Source: a virus. Taken from it: a stretch of 64,000 nucleotides of DNA. Made by a program: the position numbers and the translations under genes. Shown piece by piece: positions 49,820-59,145 of the stretch; the first letter of the stretch is position 1, and the number at the start of each line of letters is the position of its first letter. The notes beneath the pieces were generated by a model. The model saw only the letters and a program-made list of their open reading frames with translations. It made no database searches and had not been told where the DNA came from. The stretch is from the IMG/VR virus record IMGVR_UViG_3300025679_000001, positions 1 to 64,000 of that record. The stretch is one strand, 5' to 3'.

Positions 49820-49861
49820 TTGTTGCTGTTCATAGACTTATATATGACATTGACGTGAAAG

Positions 49862-50593
49862 TCAAGCCATTTTTGATCCCTGGGACGCCGGGAAGATTCT
49901 GACTTTCTTCTCCACGTCTGAGATCACTTCTCGATGAGGAGGAACGAGCTTAATAACCGGCGCGGACCTCTTCTTCTTGAAGTACTTTGGATCGACCCTA
50001 GAGCGGATGGACTCGGACATCTTCTCCAAGGTCGTCAGCTCGTCGGCCGCGATCGGTCTGTACTCCATCCCATCCATGAAGCCGCGTTTGTAGTCGGCTG
50101 AGTCGTCCTGGTCGTCCTGAACGTGATCTGAAGTTTGTAGTCTTCGATGCTCATTCTCTAGTTTTCGGTGCTCGTCTTGAAGATCCCGGTACTTCACTCG
50201 CTGGTTGTTGATCTCTTGACCTAGCTTCGTTATCTGCTCGTCATAGATGACCTCCAGGACGCGCTTCGTGTAGCCATTGTAGGAAGGAACCCCACCGATG
50301 TAGAGTCCACTGTCTCGCATTAGCTTTAGTACGCTCGGCGCGTCTTTGATCAGCGAGTCGGTCGTTCCGGCTACCTTGAAGCTGATAGACTGCTTCGGGT
50401 TAGTAGAGTTGTAGAACCTAACCTTACCGCGGTAGTGCTGGGCTCTCCAGTTGTTCTGACTGAAGACCATGTTCCAACTACGACTGCCAAGAGCGTAAGT
50501 GTTAGTGTGAAAGAAGGGGTCGATGTCGATGTCGACGTTCTCGAGATTCAGGAGCTGGAACGCTGGGATCTCTAAGCTCCACTCGTGCTTCAC
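49862..50593 (-). CDS. hypothetical protein
   Basis: 243-aa ORF with a central coiled-coil (QRVKYRDLQDEHRKLENEHRRLQ). Confidence 0.5.
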   Translation of the reverse strand: MKHEWSLEIPAFQLLNLENVDIDIDPFFHTNTYALGSRSWNMVFSQNNWRAQHYRGKVRFYNSTNPKQSISFKVAGTTDSLIKDAPSVLKLMRDSGLYIGGVPSYNGYTKRVLEVIYDEQITKLGQEINNQRVKYRDLQDEHRKLENEHRRLQTSDHVQDDQDDSADYKRGFMDGMEYRPIAADELTTLEKMSESIRSRVDPKYFKKKRSAPVIKLVPPHREVISDVEKKVRIFPASQGSKMA

Positions 50594-50847
50594 AGAATGT
50601 CCTTCTCATACTTCTCGACTAGCTGCTCAATCTCAGCGGTGACAGCATCGAGTACCGACTGGGCCGCCGCTTGCTTGTCGAACAGGACAGAGTAGGCGTC
50701 CTCGAACTTCTTATTCTTGACGTTCTGCATCTTGTTCTTTAGCTTCTTGTCAATCTCGTCGCGCGTCAGGGGCTTGACTGGTTTGCCCTTCTGCTGATTG
50801 TTGTTGTTGTCTTGCGGGTCTTTGTTGTTGTCTTGGTCTTCACTCAT
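50590..50847 (-). CDS. hypothetical protein
   Basis: 85-aa ORF with a GGAG RBS. Asn/Gln/Asp-rich N-terminus. Confidence 0.45.
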   Translation of the reverse strand: MSEDQDNNKDPQDNNNNQQKGKPVKPLTRDEIDKKLKNKMQNVKNKKFEDAYSVLFDKQAAAQSVLDAVTAEIEQLVEKYEKDIL

Positions 50848-50865
50848 GATAAACTACTCCTTTTT

Positions 50866-51030
50866 CTAATGTTTAATTTCTGCGTAAAGTACTAACACGA
50901 TCACGGCGACCGCGATGAACCCCCAGAAGAAGGACATCAATTTTGCGGGCCACTTGTCTCTGTACCACACCATGCGGGCCTTGTAGAAGCACACACAGAA
51001 GAGTACGAAGGCGAAGATAGGGAGAAACAT
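50866..51030 (-). CDS. small membrane protein (54 aa)
   Basis: Own translation: MFLPIFAFVLFCVCFYKARMVWYRDKWPAKLMSFFWGFIAVAVIVLVLYAEIKH. Abuts the upstream stop. Confidence 0.4.
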   Translation of the reverse strand: MFLPIFAFVLFCVCFYKARMVWYRDKWPAKLMSFFWGFIAVAVIVLVLYAEIKH

Positions 51031-51189
51031 TCACTTCCCTTTCGGGGCTGTGAAGGCTACCCAGATCATGTCGTTCTCGACGTCCCTACGAATGCCGACC
51101 TTCTTATAACCCCACCCCTCGTAGCGAGAGATCAGGCTGAGGGCCGCCCCGTTGCTGAACGTAGAGAGCTCGAATGTGTTAGCAGTCAT
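51031..51189 (-). CDS. hypothetical protein
   Basis: Trimmed to ATG 51189 (MTANTFEL), which lies behind GGAGGAA. Confidence 0.45.
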   Translation of the reverse strand: MTANTFELSTFSNGAALSLISRYEGWGYKKVGIRRDVENDMIWVAFTAPKGK

Positions 51190-51219
51190 TGTTTTCCTCC
51201 GACGATGATGGTGACTGGT

Positions 51220-51247
51220 ACAATAAACCAATCATGCACGATGTCAA
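51220..51247 (-). promoter_or_regulatory. possible promoter TTGACA-N16-TATTGT
   Basis: TTGACA at 51247..51242, abutting the upstream stop. Confidence 0.35.
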
Positions 51248-51637
51248 CTACTTCTTCAAGGACGGCCATTCTATGTTCTTGATCTTCTCGATAGCCTTCT
51301 CCTTAGAACGCGAACCATCGTTGGCGTCGTATATGTGAGAGACGAGTGAATCATGATAATACGGGGAAGAAGAAGGAAGGTATTTCGCAATGTAGTTCGT
51401 CGGCGTCATCTTCTGGGACAGCGCAGCGGCTCCTACTGCGCAGGAAGCGCCGACGATCAAGAGGTTGTCCACGGCGTCTGAATCGTCATTGACTTCCATG
51501 CGGTGTCTAGAAGTTTTAGTAAGTTTTTTCCCACGCCAGAACGTTCCAGTAGTAAAGCCGGTTCTTTTCCAACCACACTCTACGTGCTCAAGGAACTCTT
51601 CTTTGGTGATAGGCGTGGTTTTTTCTTTTGTAATCAT
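51248..51637 (-). CDS. family-B small protein (paralogue 2)
   Basis: 129 aa. ITKEEFLEHVECGWKR...VGASCAVGAAALSQKMTPTNYIAKYL. Confidence 0.55.
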   Translation of the reverse strand: MITKEKTTPITKEEFLEHVECGWKRTGFTTGTFWRGKKLTKTSRHRMEVNDDSDAVDNLLIVGASCAVGAAALSQKMTPTNYIAKYLPSSSPYYHDSLVSHIYDANDGSRSKEKAIEKIKNIEWPSLKK

Positions 51638-51649
51638 CCTAGCTCTCCT

Positions 51650-52741
51650 TTATGCGAACCCAGTCTTGAAGCCCTGTTCCTTGAGCTCGCCGTTGAAGAT
51701 CTCAGCGAGGGCGTAGTCTTTCTTATCTCCGGGACGAGGTTTGTTGAGGACGCGGCATGCCTCGTCGACCTCCTTGCCGACGAGTTTGCGAAAGGGGATA
51801 ACGCCATAGCAGCGCCCGGGCCTCATGATGGCCGGATCGAAGTCAGCGACGTTGTTGGCGTTGGCGGTGATGATGATCTTCTTCTTGCTCGAGTTGACGA
51901 TGCCGTCGGAGACGTTGAGGAGCTTGGCGATAGTCTCGTTCTTAGAGGCCTCTCGAGACAGCAGCAGGACGTCGGCGTCCTCCATGATCATGAGGTTGTT
52001 TTCGCCGGAGAGGAAGGAGACGTAGAAGGAGTCGTCCTTCATCAGGTCAGTGTCGTAGGTGGTCACGGCGTTGAGGCTGTGACGAGTGATCAGGTCGGCG
52101 ATGAGGCTAGTCTTTCCGGTCCCCATCGGCCCGTTCATGATCAGAATGGACGCGCTGCTCTCCATGAAGGCGTCCATCGTCCCCTTGACGTCCTTGATGT
52201 AGGGGTACGCCTCCTGGTAGACTGGGCCGTGGTCCTTGAGGGGCAGGATGAGAGTAGTCATCTGGTTGCTCCTGGTGTAGGCCCAGGTGATCATCGTACT
52301 GTCGGGCTGGACGTAGGCGTCCAGCTTACTCTTTAGGTCGTTGAACAACTTCTCGTTGGACCCCCAGAAAGTTATGACGTAACGGTTGGACTTCTTTCCG
52401 ATCTTTATCGGATCGTCGTCTGAACTGCTGTCCGACCCTTCGATCTTCTGCTTGACGTGGATGACGCCATCCTTGTAGAAGGCTACGGCGTGGTGAGGGT
52501 TGTACTGCTTGAAGCTGAGGTACTTCTTCAGGTGAACGACGGGATTCACAGTGTAGGACGATTCAGACGAGAGACAAGTCACTTCTTTCATGTCGCCCAA
52601 GTGGGCCGAGATGTCATACTGGTATTCTTCGTAAAAGGAGTAGGTTTTGACCATTAGTTGTCCTGGTTTTTCTGATGCTATCATTGCAGCTATAGCTCTT
52701 TTAGAGCGTGCCCGATGTATGAATTTTAGGTAGGATCGCAT
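51650..52741 (-). CDS. AAA ATPase (BCS1-like classical clade)
   Basis: Start set at ATG 52741 behind GGAG (the track GTG 52771 is less likely). Walker A NGPMGTGKTS, Walker B LMIMEDAD, and LLNVSDG...ITANA...DPAIMRPGRC. Confidence 0.65.
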   Translation of the reverse strand: MRSYLKFIHRARSKRAIAAMIASEKPGQLMVKTYSFYEEYQYDISAHLGDMKEVTCLSSESSYTVNPVVHLKKYLSFKQYNPHHAVAFYKDGVIHVKQKIEGSDSSSDDDPIKIGKKSNRYVITFWGSNEKLFNDLKSKLDAYVQPDSTMITWAYTRSNQMTTLILPLKDHGPVYQEAYPYIKDVKGTMDAFMESSASILIMNGPMGTGKTSLIADLITRHSLNAVTTYDTDLMKDDSFYVSFLSGENNLMIMEDADVLLLSREASKNETIAKLLNVSDGIVNSSKKKIIITANANNVADFDPAIMRPGRCYGVIPFRKLVGKEVDEACRVLNKPRPGDKKDYALAEIFNGELKEQGFKTGFA

Positions 52742-52752
52742 TCTTGTTACTC

Positions 52753-52781
52753 CTACTACAATCCTACCCACTAGTTGTCAA
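52753..52781 (-). promoter_or_regulatory. possible promoter TTGACA-N17-TAGTAG
   Basis: TTGACA at 52781..52776. The -10 overlaps the RBS of the AAA gene, so function is doubtful. Confidence 0.25.
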
Positions 52782-53079
52782 CTGCGACGCCGAGCTTCAT
52801 GAGCTTAGACGTCATCGACGCCACGAAGATGAGAATCAGCGTGGTCAGGAGCCAGTCCTCGAACCCGGCGCTGACCCCAAACCACCAGGCGAACAGCCCG
52901 GCTATCCAGTGGCTGACGCAGTAAGTGCAGCTCAACCCTTCCCCTAAGAACCTAGTGAAGTCGGCTTGGGACTCGTCGACGAGCCACGACCTGATCCCGA
53001 AAGTGATGGGCGTGGCCGAGATCGTCATAGACGCCACCCCGACGGCGATGCCGACGAGGACGAGGTTCAGCACCAGCAA
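52771..53079 (-). CDS. DUF1360-like membrane protein
   Basis: 102-aa ORF. GEGLSCTYCVSHWIAGLFAWW matches the C..C.S.W motif between TM helices. Confidence 0.45.
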   Translation of the reverse strand: MLVLNLVLVGIAVGVASMTISATPITFGIRSWLVDESQADFTRFLGEGLSCTYCVSHWIAGLFAWWFGVSAGFEDWLLTTLILIFVASMTSKLMKLGVAVDN

Positions 53080-53261
53080 CCTCCGCGAGACTTGCTGCTG
53101 GTAATTTCCGATGCCTTTGGCTGCTTATTAACTTGAGCCGCCTTAACGTCGTTGGCCTTCTTACTCAGCTGCATCGCCTTGGCCGCGAAGTTAGAGCCTC
53201 CGAAGTCGCCAGACGAAGGTTTAGAAGGGTTACCCTTCGGCTTGGTCTTAAAGATGTTCAT
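53067..53261 (-). CDS. hypothetical protein
   Basis: 64-aa ORF, Lys/Ser-rich, ending CWC. Confidence 0.4.
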   Translation of the reverse strand: MNIFKTKPKGNPSKPSSGDFGGSNFAAKAMQLSKKANDVKAAQVNKQPKASEITSSKSRGGCWC

Positions 53262-53272
53262 TTTCTCTCTCC

Positions 53273-54682
53273 TTATGCTACGGCTCTATACTCGACCATC
53301 GAGCAACCCATAGCTGCTGCTGCTCTCTCAGCTTCTGTCTGGTGCGAGGTGATCTTCATCTCGCTCAGGACTCGGTCAGCGGCCCTCATCAGGTCCTCGT
53401 CACCGACGCCGGACGGTTTTTTAGCACCGGCCTTGATGTCGCGCTTGAGCGCGGTAGTCTTGGCGATCTCAACGATGTTGGCCGCCGAAGCTCCAGACAG
53501 GACGTCCCTGGCCGTGACGTAGGTCGTCTGACCGTCGTCGAGGAGCACTTCGAGGACCCTGCGGTTCTCGTCGTAGAGATGACGGGCGACCTTCTTACCA
53601 CAGGTGTTGGACTTGGTGCCGGCGAGGTTGATGTCGATGATCTTCTCGAACGTCGACTCGTCTGGTCGTCCGACGGTGATCTTACGGTCGATGCGCCCGT
53701 CGCGGACGACCGCCGGGTCGAGGTGGTGAGGCATGTTGGTGGCCAGTATCACCACGGCGCTGGAAGCCTGGAGGCCGTCCATCTCGGTCAGGAACGTCGG
53801 GACTATCGTCTGGTCCATGCCGGAGGTGTGGTTGGCACCCCTTCGACCGAGGACAGACTCAGCCTCGTCGATGAAGATGATGGCCTGGACGCCTGTCTTG
53901 ACGTGGTGTTCCCTGGCGTCGGAGAACAGGTTGCGGATGTTGCGCTCGGACTCACCAACGTACTTGTTCAGGATCTCTGGACCCTTGACGTAGATGAACT
54001 TGCCATTTCCTCCGGAGAGCTTGGCGACCTCGGTAGCCGCAGCTTTCCCGATCATGGTCTTGCCGCAGCCTGGAGGACCCTCGAGGAGGATTCCCTTCGG
54101 GACCTTGTAACCGTACTCAGTGTACAGGTGGGCGTGCTCGGTCTGTCCCACTATGAACTCGAGGAACTGTTCCTTGACGTCGTCGAGGCCTCCGATAGAC
54201 TCCCACTCTACGGGAACGAAGTCCTCCTCAGCTACGGTCGTGCCCTTCGACATTATGTCGGTGATTATCGTGCCTGATGCCACTAAGACCTGGTCGCCGA
54301 CTTCGGTGTCGAGGTCGAAGTCGTAGACGATCTTGGTGACAGAGTCAAGCTCTACTAAGCGCTCAGTCTTAGACAATACCTTGATGACGCGAGCAGCCAC
54401 GGTGACGAGCCCGTTACCCTTGAGCGTAGCGACGACGGCTCCCTGAACTACGGCGACCCTGGCGCCGAGCTTCAGCTTCTTGATAGTCTGTCCGCAGTGG
54501 GTTACGCCACCTCCGTCGGTCACCACTACGTACTTTTCAGTCGAGATTCCCTTGATAGTCGTTTCTGTAGAGAAGCCGATGATAAATCCCTGAACGGCGG
54601 GTGCTTCGGCGAGCTTCTGAGCAAAATCTTGAAACTCCTCGAGAGTTTCTTCGATCGACTGTTCTGTGTTCTTAGATGGCAT
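53273..54682 (-). CDS. classical-clade AAA+ unfoldase with OB-like N-domain (ARC/PAN/CDC48-like)
   Basis: 469-aa ORF with a GGAG RBS. GILLEGPPGCGKT, IIFIDEAESV, ILATNMPHHLDPAVVRDGRIDR. The N-terminal region is beta-rich (VVVTDGGGV...GARVAVVQGAVVA). Confidence 0.75.
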   Translation of the reverse strand: MPSKNTEQSIEETLEEFQDFAQKLAEAPAVQGFIIGFSTETTIKGISTEKYVVVTDGGGVTHCGQTIKKLKLGARVAVVQGAVVATLKGNGLVTVAARVIKVLSKTERLVELDSVTKIVYDFDLDTEVGDQVLVASGTIITDIMSKGTTVAEEDFVPVEWESIGGLDDVKEQFLEFIVGQTEHAHLYTEYGYKVPKGILLEGPPGCGKTMIGKAAATEVAKLSGGNGKFIYVKGPEILNKYVGESERNIRNLFSDAREHHVKTGVQAIIFIDEAESVLGRRGANHTSGMDQTIVPTFLTEMDGLQASSAVVILATNMPHHLDPAVVRDGRIDRKITVGRPDESTFEKIIDINLAGTKSNTCGKKVARHLYDENRRVLEVLLDDGQTTYVTARDVLSGASAANIVEIAKTTALKRDIKAGAKKPSGVGDEDLMRAADRVLSEMKITSHQTEAERAAAAMGCSMVEYRAVA

Positions 54683-54711
54683 GGTTTCTCCTTCGTTTTC
54701 TGATGCTAGGA

Positions 54712-54740
54712 TGTATATCTCAACGCTAAGTGAGTGTCAA
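54712..54740 (-). promoter_or_regulatory. sigma70-type promoter TTGACA-N17-TATACA
   Basis: TTGACA at 54740..54735, in the spacer between paralogue A4 and the AAA+ gene. Confidence 0.55.
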
Positions 54741-54744
54741 CTGG

Positions 54745-55164
54745 CTATTTGCGAGGCTGAGGATTCAACAACCAGTCCTTGGTGAGCGCTATCTCACCGC
54801 GAAGGACTCCGATCATCCTCTCCTGCTGGTCTTTCCTACTGACATAGGAGTAGGGCCAGCCGTCTGGGACGAAGAGGCTTAATCTTTCTTCATCTGTGAG
54901 TTCGAGGTACGTCTGAGCGTTACGTGCTACTGTTGACCCAAGAAAGTAATCATTGGAATCAGAATCGCTCTCTAATGCTTTTTTAAGAACTGCCCACCCT
55001 GCGATGCAGCACGCCGTATTACAGTCGTTGACGGCCTCCTGAGCAGTCTTCTTAGTAATCTTATTAGTATAGTGATTAGGAGAAACATACGCCATCATCT
55101 TCGTTTGACTAGAGTCAAGCTTCTCGATGAAGGCCGCCAGGTCGCACATCTTCTTGTAGTTCAT
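54745..55164 (-). CDS. family-A small Cys-motif protein (paralogue 4)
   Basis: 139 aa. MNYKKMCDLAAFIE...NDCNTACCIAGW...LELTDEERLSLFVP...QERMIGVLRGEIALTKDWL. Confidence 0.6.
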   Translation of the reverse strand: MNYKKMCDLAAFIEKLDSSQTKMMAYVSPNHYTNKITKKTAQEAVNDCNTACCIAGWAVLKKALESDSDSNDYFLGSTVARNAQTYLELTDEERLSLFVPDGWPYSYVSRKDQQERMIGVLRGEIALTKDWLLNPQPRK

Positions 55165-55874
55165 GGTTTAACTCCTGTCGCTGATTCTCCGACCGGCGTA
55201 CAGACGGACTGCAGCAGGTCTGGGTAGACGTTGAAGCCTCGCATGAAGAGTCTCATGCGAAAGCCGTACGAGGTGATCACACACCTCGACACAGTAATGG
55301 GGATCGCCGCGGCCACGTAGTCCGAGAAGAACGGCTCGCCGTGGTGGGCTATGTTCCAGGACTCGTTGAACCAGGTGGGCCTGATTCTGAAGTAGATCGA
55401 GTCGGCGTCCGAGCACGGGATCTTGTAGCACCCCTGCACCGAGTGGACGTTCTCCACCGGGTCGATCTCCTGGGAGTTGAAGAGGTACACCGCGTCGTCG
55501 CGCTTGACGGTCGTCAGGTACAACCCGCAGTCGAGGACGAACATGAGCATGGGAACGAGAAAAAACCAGGCGAAGACCGCCGAGCCGAAGAGGAAGGCAC
55601 CGGCCAGTGTCTTGTTGAAGTTTCCGGCATCGTCGTGGACCATCTTGTCCCAGAGCCAGAACCACCCCTTGATCACCTGGCGGAAAGGCCATGACGTGAC
55701 CCTCCACACCGGGTAGACGCGGGCCGTGATCCAGTCGAAGCCCTGCGTGATCTGGTATGTTCGCCTGGCGACTCGACCGTAGATCGACTGACCTTCCACC
55801 TTCTTGGTCACGCTGACGTCAGCGGCGACCTGGTCCCGGATCTTCTTGATCTTCTCAGTGACTGTCTCTTCCAT
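55161..55874 (-). CDS. membrane protein, unknown function
   Basis: Start set at ATG 55874 (MEETVTEK; TGATG coupling). TM helix AGAFLFGSAVFAWFFLVPMLMFVL. Confidence 0.5.
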   Translation of the reverse strand: MEETVTEKIKKIRDQVAADVSVTKKVEGQSIYGRVARRTYQITQGFDWITARVYPVWRVTSWPFRQVIKGWFWLWDKMVHDDAGNFNKTLAGAFLFGSAVFAWFFLVPMLMFVLDCGLYLTTVKRDDAVYLFNSQEIDPVENVHSVQGCYKIPCSDADSIYFRIRPTWFNESWNIAHHGEPFFSDYVAAAIPITVSRCVITSYGFRMRLFMRGFNVYPDLLQSVCTPVGESATGVKP

Positions 55875-56203
55875 CAGTGCAGGTGCTCCCATATCCTAGC
55901 TAAAGAGTTGAACACTGCTTCCTTAGCCTCCGGTGAGACCGAGGCGTACTGCCCTCTAGCAAAGCTCGTACCGTTCTTGTCCACGCCACTTACGTCAGTC
56001 AGCATCATCGCTCCGTTAGTGTCGAGGATCTTCTTGACGTGCAGCCATGCCTCTGGCGGCATCCGCGGGAAGTCCTGATAGCCTGGGATAGTAGCAGGAC
56101 CGGCGGGCATGATGTGCGTCCACTTCTCGATCTGGCTCTTCAGTTCCTCAAGGCTGTTGATTCCCTGTGAGGCGAACTGTTCCCTGATGGCGTCGGCGTT
56201 CAC
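55874..56203 (-). CDS. hypothetical protein
   Basis: Trimmed to GTG 56203 (GTGA coupling). 109 aa. Confidence 0.4.
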   Translation of the reverse strand: MNADAIREQFASQGINSLEELKSQIEKWTHIMPAGPATIPGYQDFPRMPPEAWLHVKKILDTNGAMMLTDVSGVDKNGTSFARGQYASVSPEAKEAVFNSLARIWEHLH

Positions 56204-56820
56204 TGGAACACGCTGACGGCGATGCGATGGTAGACGCTCTTCAGTCTGTTGAAGATGATAGTGCCGATCTCGACGACGACGTCGCGGCAGAACGTCCACA
56301 CTAAGGACCACGGCCACAAGAACATCCACGAGATGATTCGGGCCTTGAAGTCCCCGACGTACGGTGTAAAGTAAGATATGTTCAGGTCGTCGTAGCTAAC
56401 GAGACCCCTGATGATGTTGTTATTTTTTTCCAAGAGCGTTTTGTCCTTCGACCTGACGCGCTCGAGCTCGTTTACCCTGTCTCTTACAAATTGATTTACA
56501 TATTTGCCAAAGAGGCCGACTGGTGGATAGAGGACGCTAGTGTCATTCTTGTTGTCTCGCACCCACTGACGAGCTTTCCTCAGGTGCAGCCACCACTTGA
56601 TCACGGACCACACCGCTCCTGCTATAACGTACAGGACTACATAGAGTGGAGCAGCCTGCACGAAGTTCCAGACCTGGGCCCAACCATTAAGGTACACGTA
56701 CCCACACGTCACCGCCGCAATGAACACGACAAGCGGTGGCCAGTACTCGTACTCCATCAAAGAGATGATGATGAGACTAAACACTGCTACGATAGAAATG
56801 AGTAAAGAAAGGTTGTTCAT
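56200..56820 (-). CDS. multi-pass membrane protein
   Basis: 206-aa ORF with at least 3 TM segments. Confidence 0.5.
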   Translation of the reverse strand: MNNLSLLISIVAVFSLIIISLMEYEYWPPLVVFIAAVTCGYVYLNGWAQVWNFVQAAPLYVVLYVIAGAVWSVIKWWLHLRKARQWVRDNKNDTSVLYPPVGLFGKYVNQFVRDRVNELERVRSKDKTLLEKNNNIIRGLVSYDDLNISYFTPYVGDFKARIISWMFLWPWSLVWTFCRDVVVEIGTIIFNRLKSVYHRIAVSVFQ

Positions 56821-57026
56821 CTAAAGAATCCTCCATTGCATAGAAGTAAAAACAGAATGGCATGCGTCGCGAAGGCGCTCCACGCGTTGTAGTTTCCAGC
56901 TTTAGGTTCCCCGTGAAGCATGATGTAGCCTATAAAATTGAGCGAGAGCCAGACTACTAAGATCCACTGGGGAAAGCCCCAGTCGCTAACGTTGATGCTA
57001 GAATTGATCACTGTTATGGGCGTCAT
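56817..57026 (-). CDS. small membrane protein
   Basis: 69-aa ORF with 2 TM segments. Confidence 0.45.
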   Translation of the reverse strand: MTPITVINSSINVSDWGFPQWILVVWLSLNFIGYIMLHGEPKAGNYNAWSAFATHAILFLLLCNGGFFR

Positions 57027-59059
57027 TTTTCGTCCTCCGTCACGACCAGCTCGGTCGTCTTCTTGTCGTATACCACAGAAAGGTGCAGTATGTCACCAGG
57101 ATTCTTCGCGAGGGCCCTGTCAGCTATCGAGGACTCGAGAGTGGACCTCAGCCTGCCGGGGAGACCTCGCGCGCCTGTGCGCGGGTCGTAGTTCTTCTCG
57201 CAGAACTTCTTGACCTCACCGTCGTGCACCGTGAAGTTGATGTTCTCCACCGAGTACGCCGATATGATCAGGTTCAGTTCCCTAGTGACGATCTTCTCGA
57301 TCACCTCGACGCTGAGAGCGCTGAACTGGACGATGTCCCTCCTGCCGCCGAACCTGTTGAGGAACTCTGGGCGGTAGGTAGAGTCGAGCTCGGCCATGGT
57401 GCGCTCCTGGGCCTGCGCCACGGTGAGCTTCTTGTCGAGGTAGTGAGTCTGCCCGATGTTGGTGGTGCAGAGCACGTAGCAGTCCTCGAAAGAGACCACT
57501 CGGCCGACGTTGTCAGAGAGCCTGCCGTCGCCGAGGATCTGGAGGAAGATGTTGAAGACGTCAGGGTGAGCCTTCTCGATCTCGTCGAGGAGGAGGACGC
57601 ACACTGGCTGGCGCCTGATGCCGTTCGTCAAGATGCCGCCGGCGTCGAAGCCCTCGTAGCCGGGAGGGGCGCCAATGAGCTTCGCCACGGCATGCTTCTC
57701 CATGTACTCGGACATGTCGAGCCTGAACAGAGACTTCTCGTCGCCGAAGAGGTTGACCGCGAGAGCCTTCGCCATCTCGGTCTTGCCGACTCCGGACGGT
57801 CCGGTAAAGATGCAGGCGCCGAGGGGCTTCCCTCGGGTGCGACGACCGATGCGGGAAGTCTTGACCATCCCGACCACGTGCTTCACCGCTTCGTCCTGCC
57901 CGAATATCCTGGACAGCATGCTCGGCTCGAGGTTGCGGAGCTTCTCGCGCTCGTCCTCGTTGAGCTTGTCAGCCGGGATGCCGGAGATCCTGGAGAATTC
58001 TGAGGTGACGTCACCGCCGGACAGCTTCAGGTTCTTGTTGACCTTCTCGACGAAGTCGTCGTGCTGCTTCCTAGTGTCGGACAGCGACTCCTCGATCAGC
58101 TCGAGCTTCTTCTTGATCTCAGCTTTAGCAGGGTTGTCGACGCCGCCCTTTCCCGCCAGCTTGGCGAAGGCGCCTATCGTCTTAGACTTGGCCCCGGCGG
58201 CCGCGTCGTCGAGGCGCTCGTCCTCGGTGTTCAGCTCGTCCATAGCCTTGATGTAGTTGTCCTCGGTGACGCGGAGTTTGGACGTCCAGCCGTCCAGCGC
58301 AGTCTTGTCTGCCGGAGAGATCTTCTCGTGTGAGTCCATCTTATAAGTGGCCAGCGACCGGTCGAGAAGGTTGACGCTTCGCGACGGCTGCGCCCTGGTG
58401 CTCGTCGACCTGTACTTGTTCGTCAGGGCTATAGACTGCTCAACGGCCTCGTCGGTGACGGCGATCTTGTGGTACGCCGCGAGCTGGTCGGCCGAGTCCC
58501 TCACTATGGAGCGGAGAGGACCGTCGTTCGGCTCGGCGATCTCCATCACGGTGAACAGTTCCTGCATGTCGGAGTGCGACTTGATGACTGAGTCGAAGTG
58601 GTTGTCCTTGACCTCGAAGATCACCTGGGTCTTTCCAGTCTTGATACAGCTCATGAGCGAGTTCACGAAGTGCTCGTGCCCGTTCTTGCAGGCGGTGAGA
58701 AAGTCGTTGTAGTCCTCGACGATGAGGATAGACCCGGAGGTCTGCTCGAGAGCGGTGATGATCTTCGACCACTCTGAGTCGACGGTGTTGCCGTCGCTCG
58801 ACGAGAAGAGGCCGTCGGTGTCGAGCCAGAAGATCCTCTTGGAGGAGATGTCGAACGGCGCACCGTCAGTCTTCTTCCAGGCCCAGAGGCCGAGACAGAT
58901 GGTGGAGCACCCGACGCCTCCCGGCCCGGTGATGACGATAGAGTTCGCGGCGCGCCTGGTCAGGATCGACGCCATCTCCTTGAGCTCAGCGTCCCTGCCG
59001 ACGCAGCGAAAGTTAGGAGTGTCGCGGAGCTTGTCCGTACCCTTGATCATGTAGTTCAT
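57023..59059 (-). CDS. ClpB/ClpA-like two-module AAA+ chaperone with degenerate NBD1
   Basis: 678-aa ORF. NBD2 is intact: FTGPSGVGKTEMAKALA, LLLDEIEKAHPDVFNIFLQILGDGRLSD, GARGL. NBD1 Walker A reads GPGGVGCST (Lys to Cys). A coiled-coil middle region is present and there is no Clp N-domain. Confidence 0.8.
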   Translation of the reverse strand: MNYMIKGTDKLRDTPNFRCVGRDAELKEMASILTRRAANSIVITGPGGVGCSTICLGLWAWKKTDGAPFDISSKRIFWLDTDGLFSSSDGNTVDSEWSKIITALEQTSGSILIVEDYNDFLTACKNGHEHFVNSLMSCIKTGKTQVIFEVKDNHFDSVIKSHSDMQELFTVMEIAEPNDGPLRSIVRDSADQLAAYHKIAVTDEAVEQSIALTNKYRSTSTRAQPSRSVNLLDRSLATYKMDSHEKISPADKTALDGWTSKLRVTEDNYIKAMDELNTEDERLDDAAAGAKSKTIGAFAKLAGKGGVDNPAKAEIKKKLELIEESLSDTRKQHDDFVEKVNKNLKLSGGDVTSEFSRISGIPADKLNEDEREKLRNLEPSMLSRIFGQDEAVKHVVGMVKTSRIGRRTRGKPLGACIFTGPSGVGKTEMAKALAVNLFGDEKSLFRLDMSEYMEKHAVAKLIGAPPGYEGFDAGGILTNGIRRQPVCVLLLDEIEKAHPDVFNIFLQILGDGRLSDNVGRVVSFEDCYVLCTTNIGQTHYLDKKLTVAQAQERTMAELDSTYRPEFLNRFGGRRDIVQFSALSVEVIEKIVTRELNLIISAYSVENINFTVHDGEVKKFCEKNYDPRTGARGLPGRLRSTLESSIADRALAKNPGDILHLSVVYDKKTTELVVTEDEK

Positions 59060-59145
59060 GGTGCTACCGCGACGAGAGGTATACGATGCCTAAGAATATG
59101 ATCCCCGGTATGGCCAGCACGGCGACGTCCGGCCACGTAGTGGCT

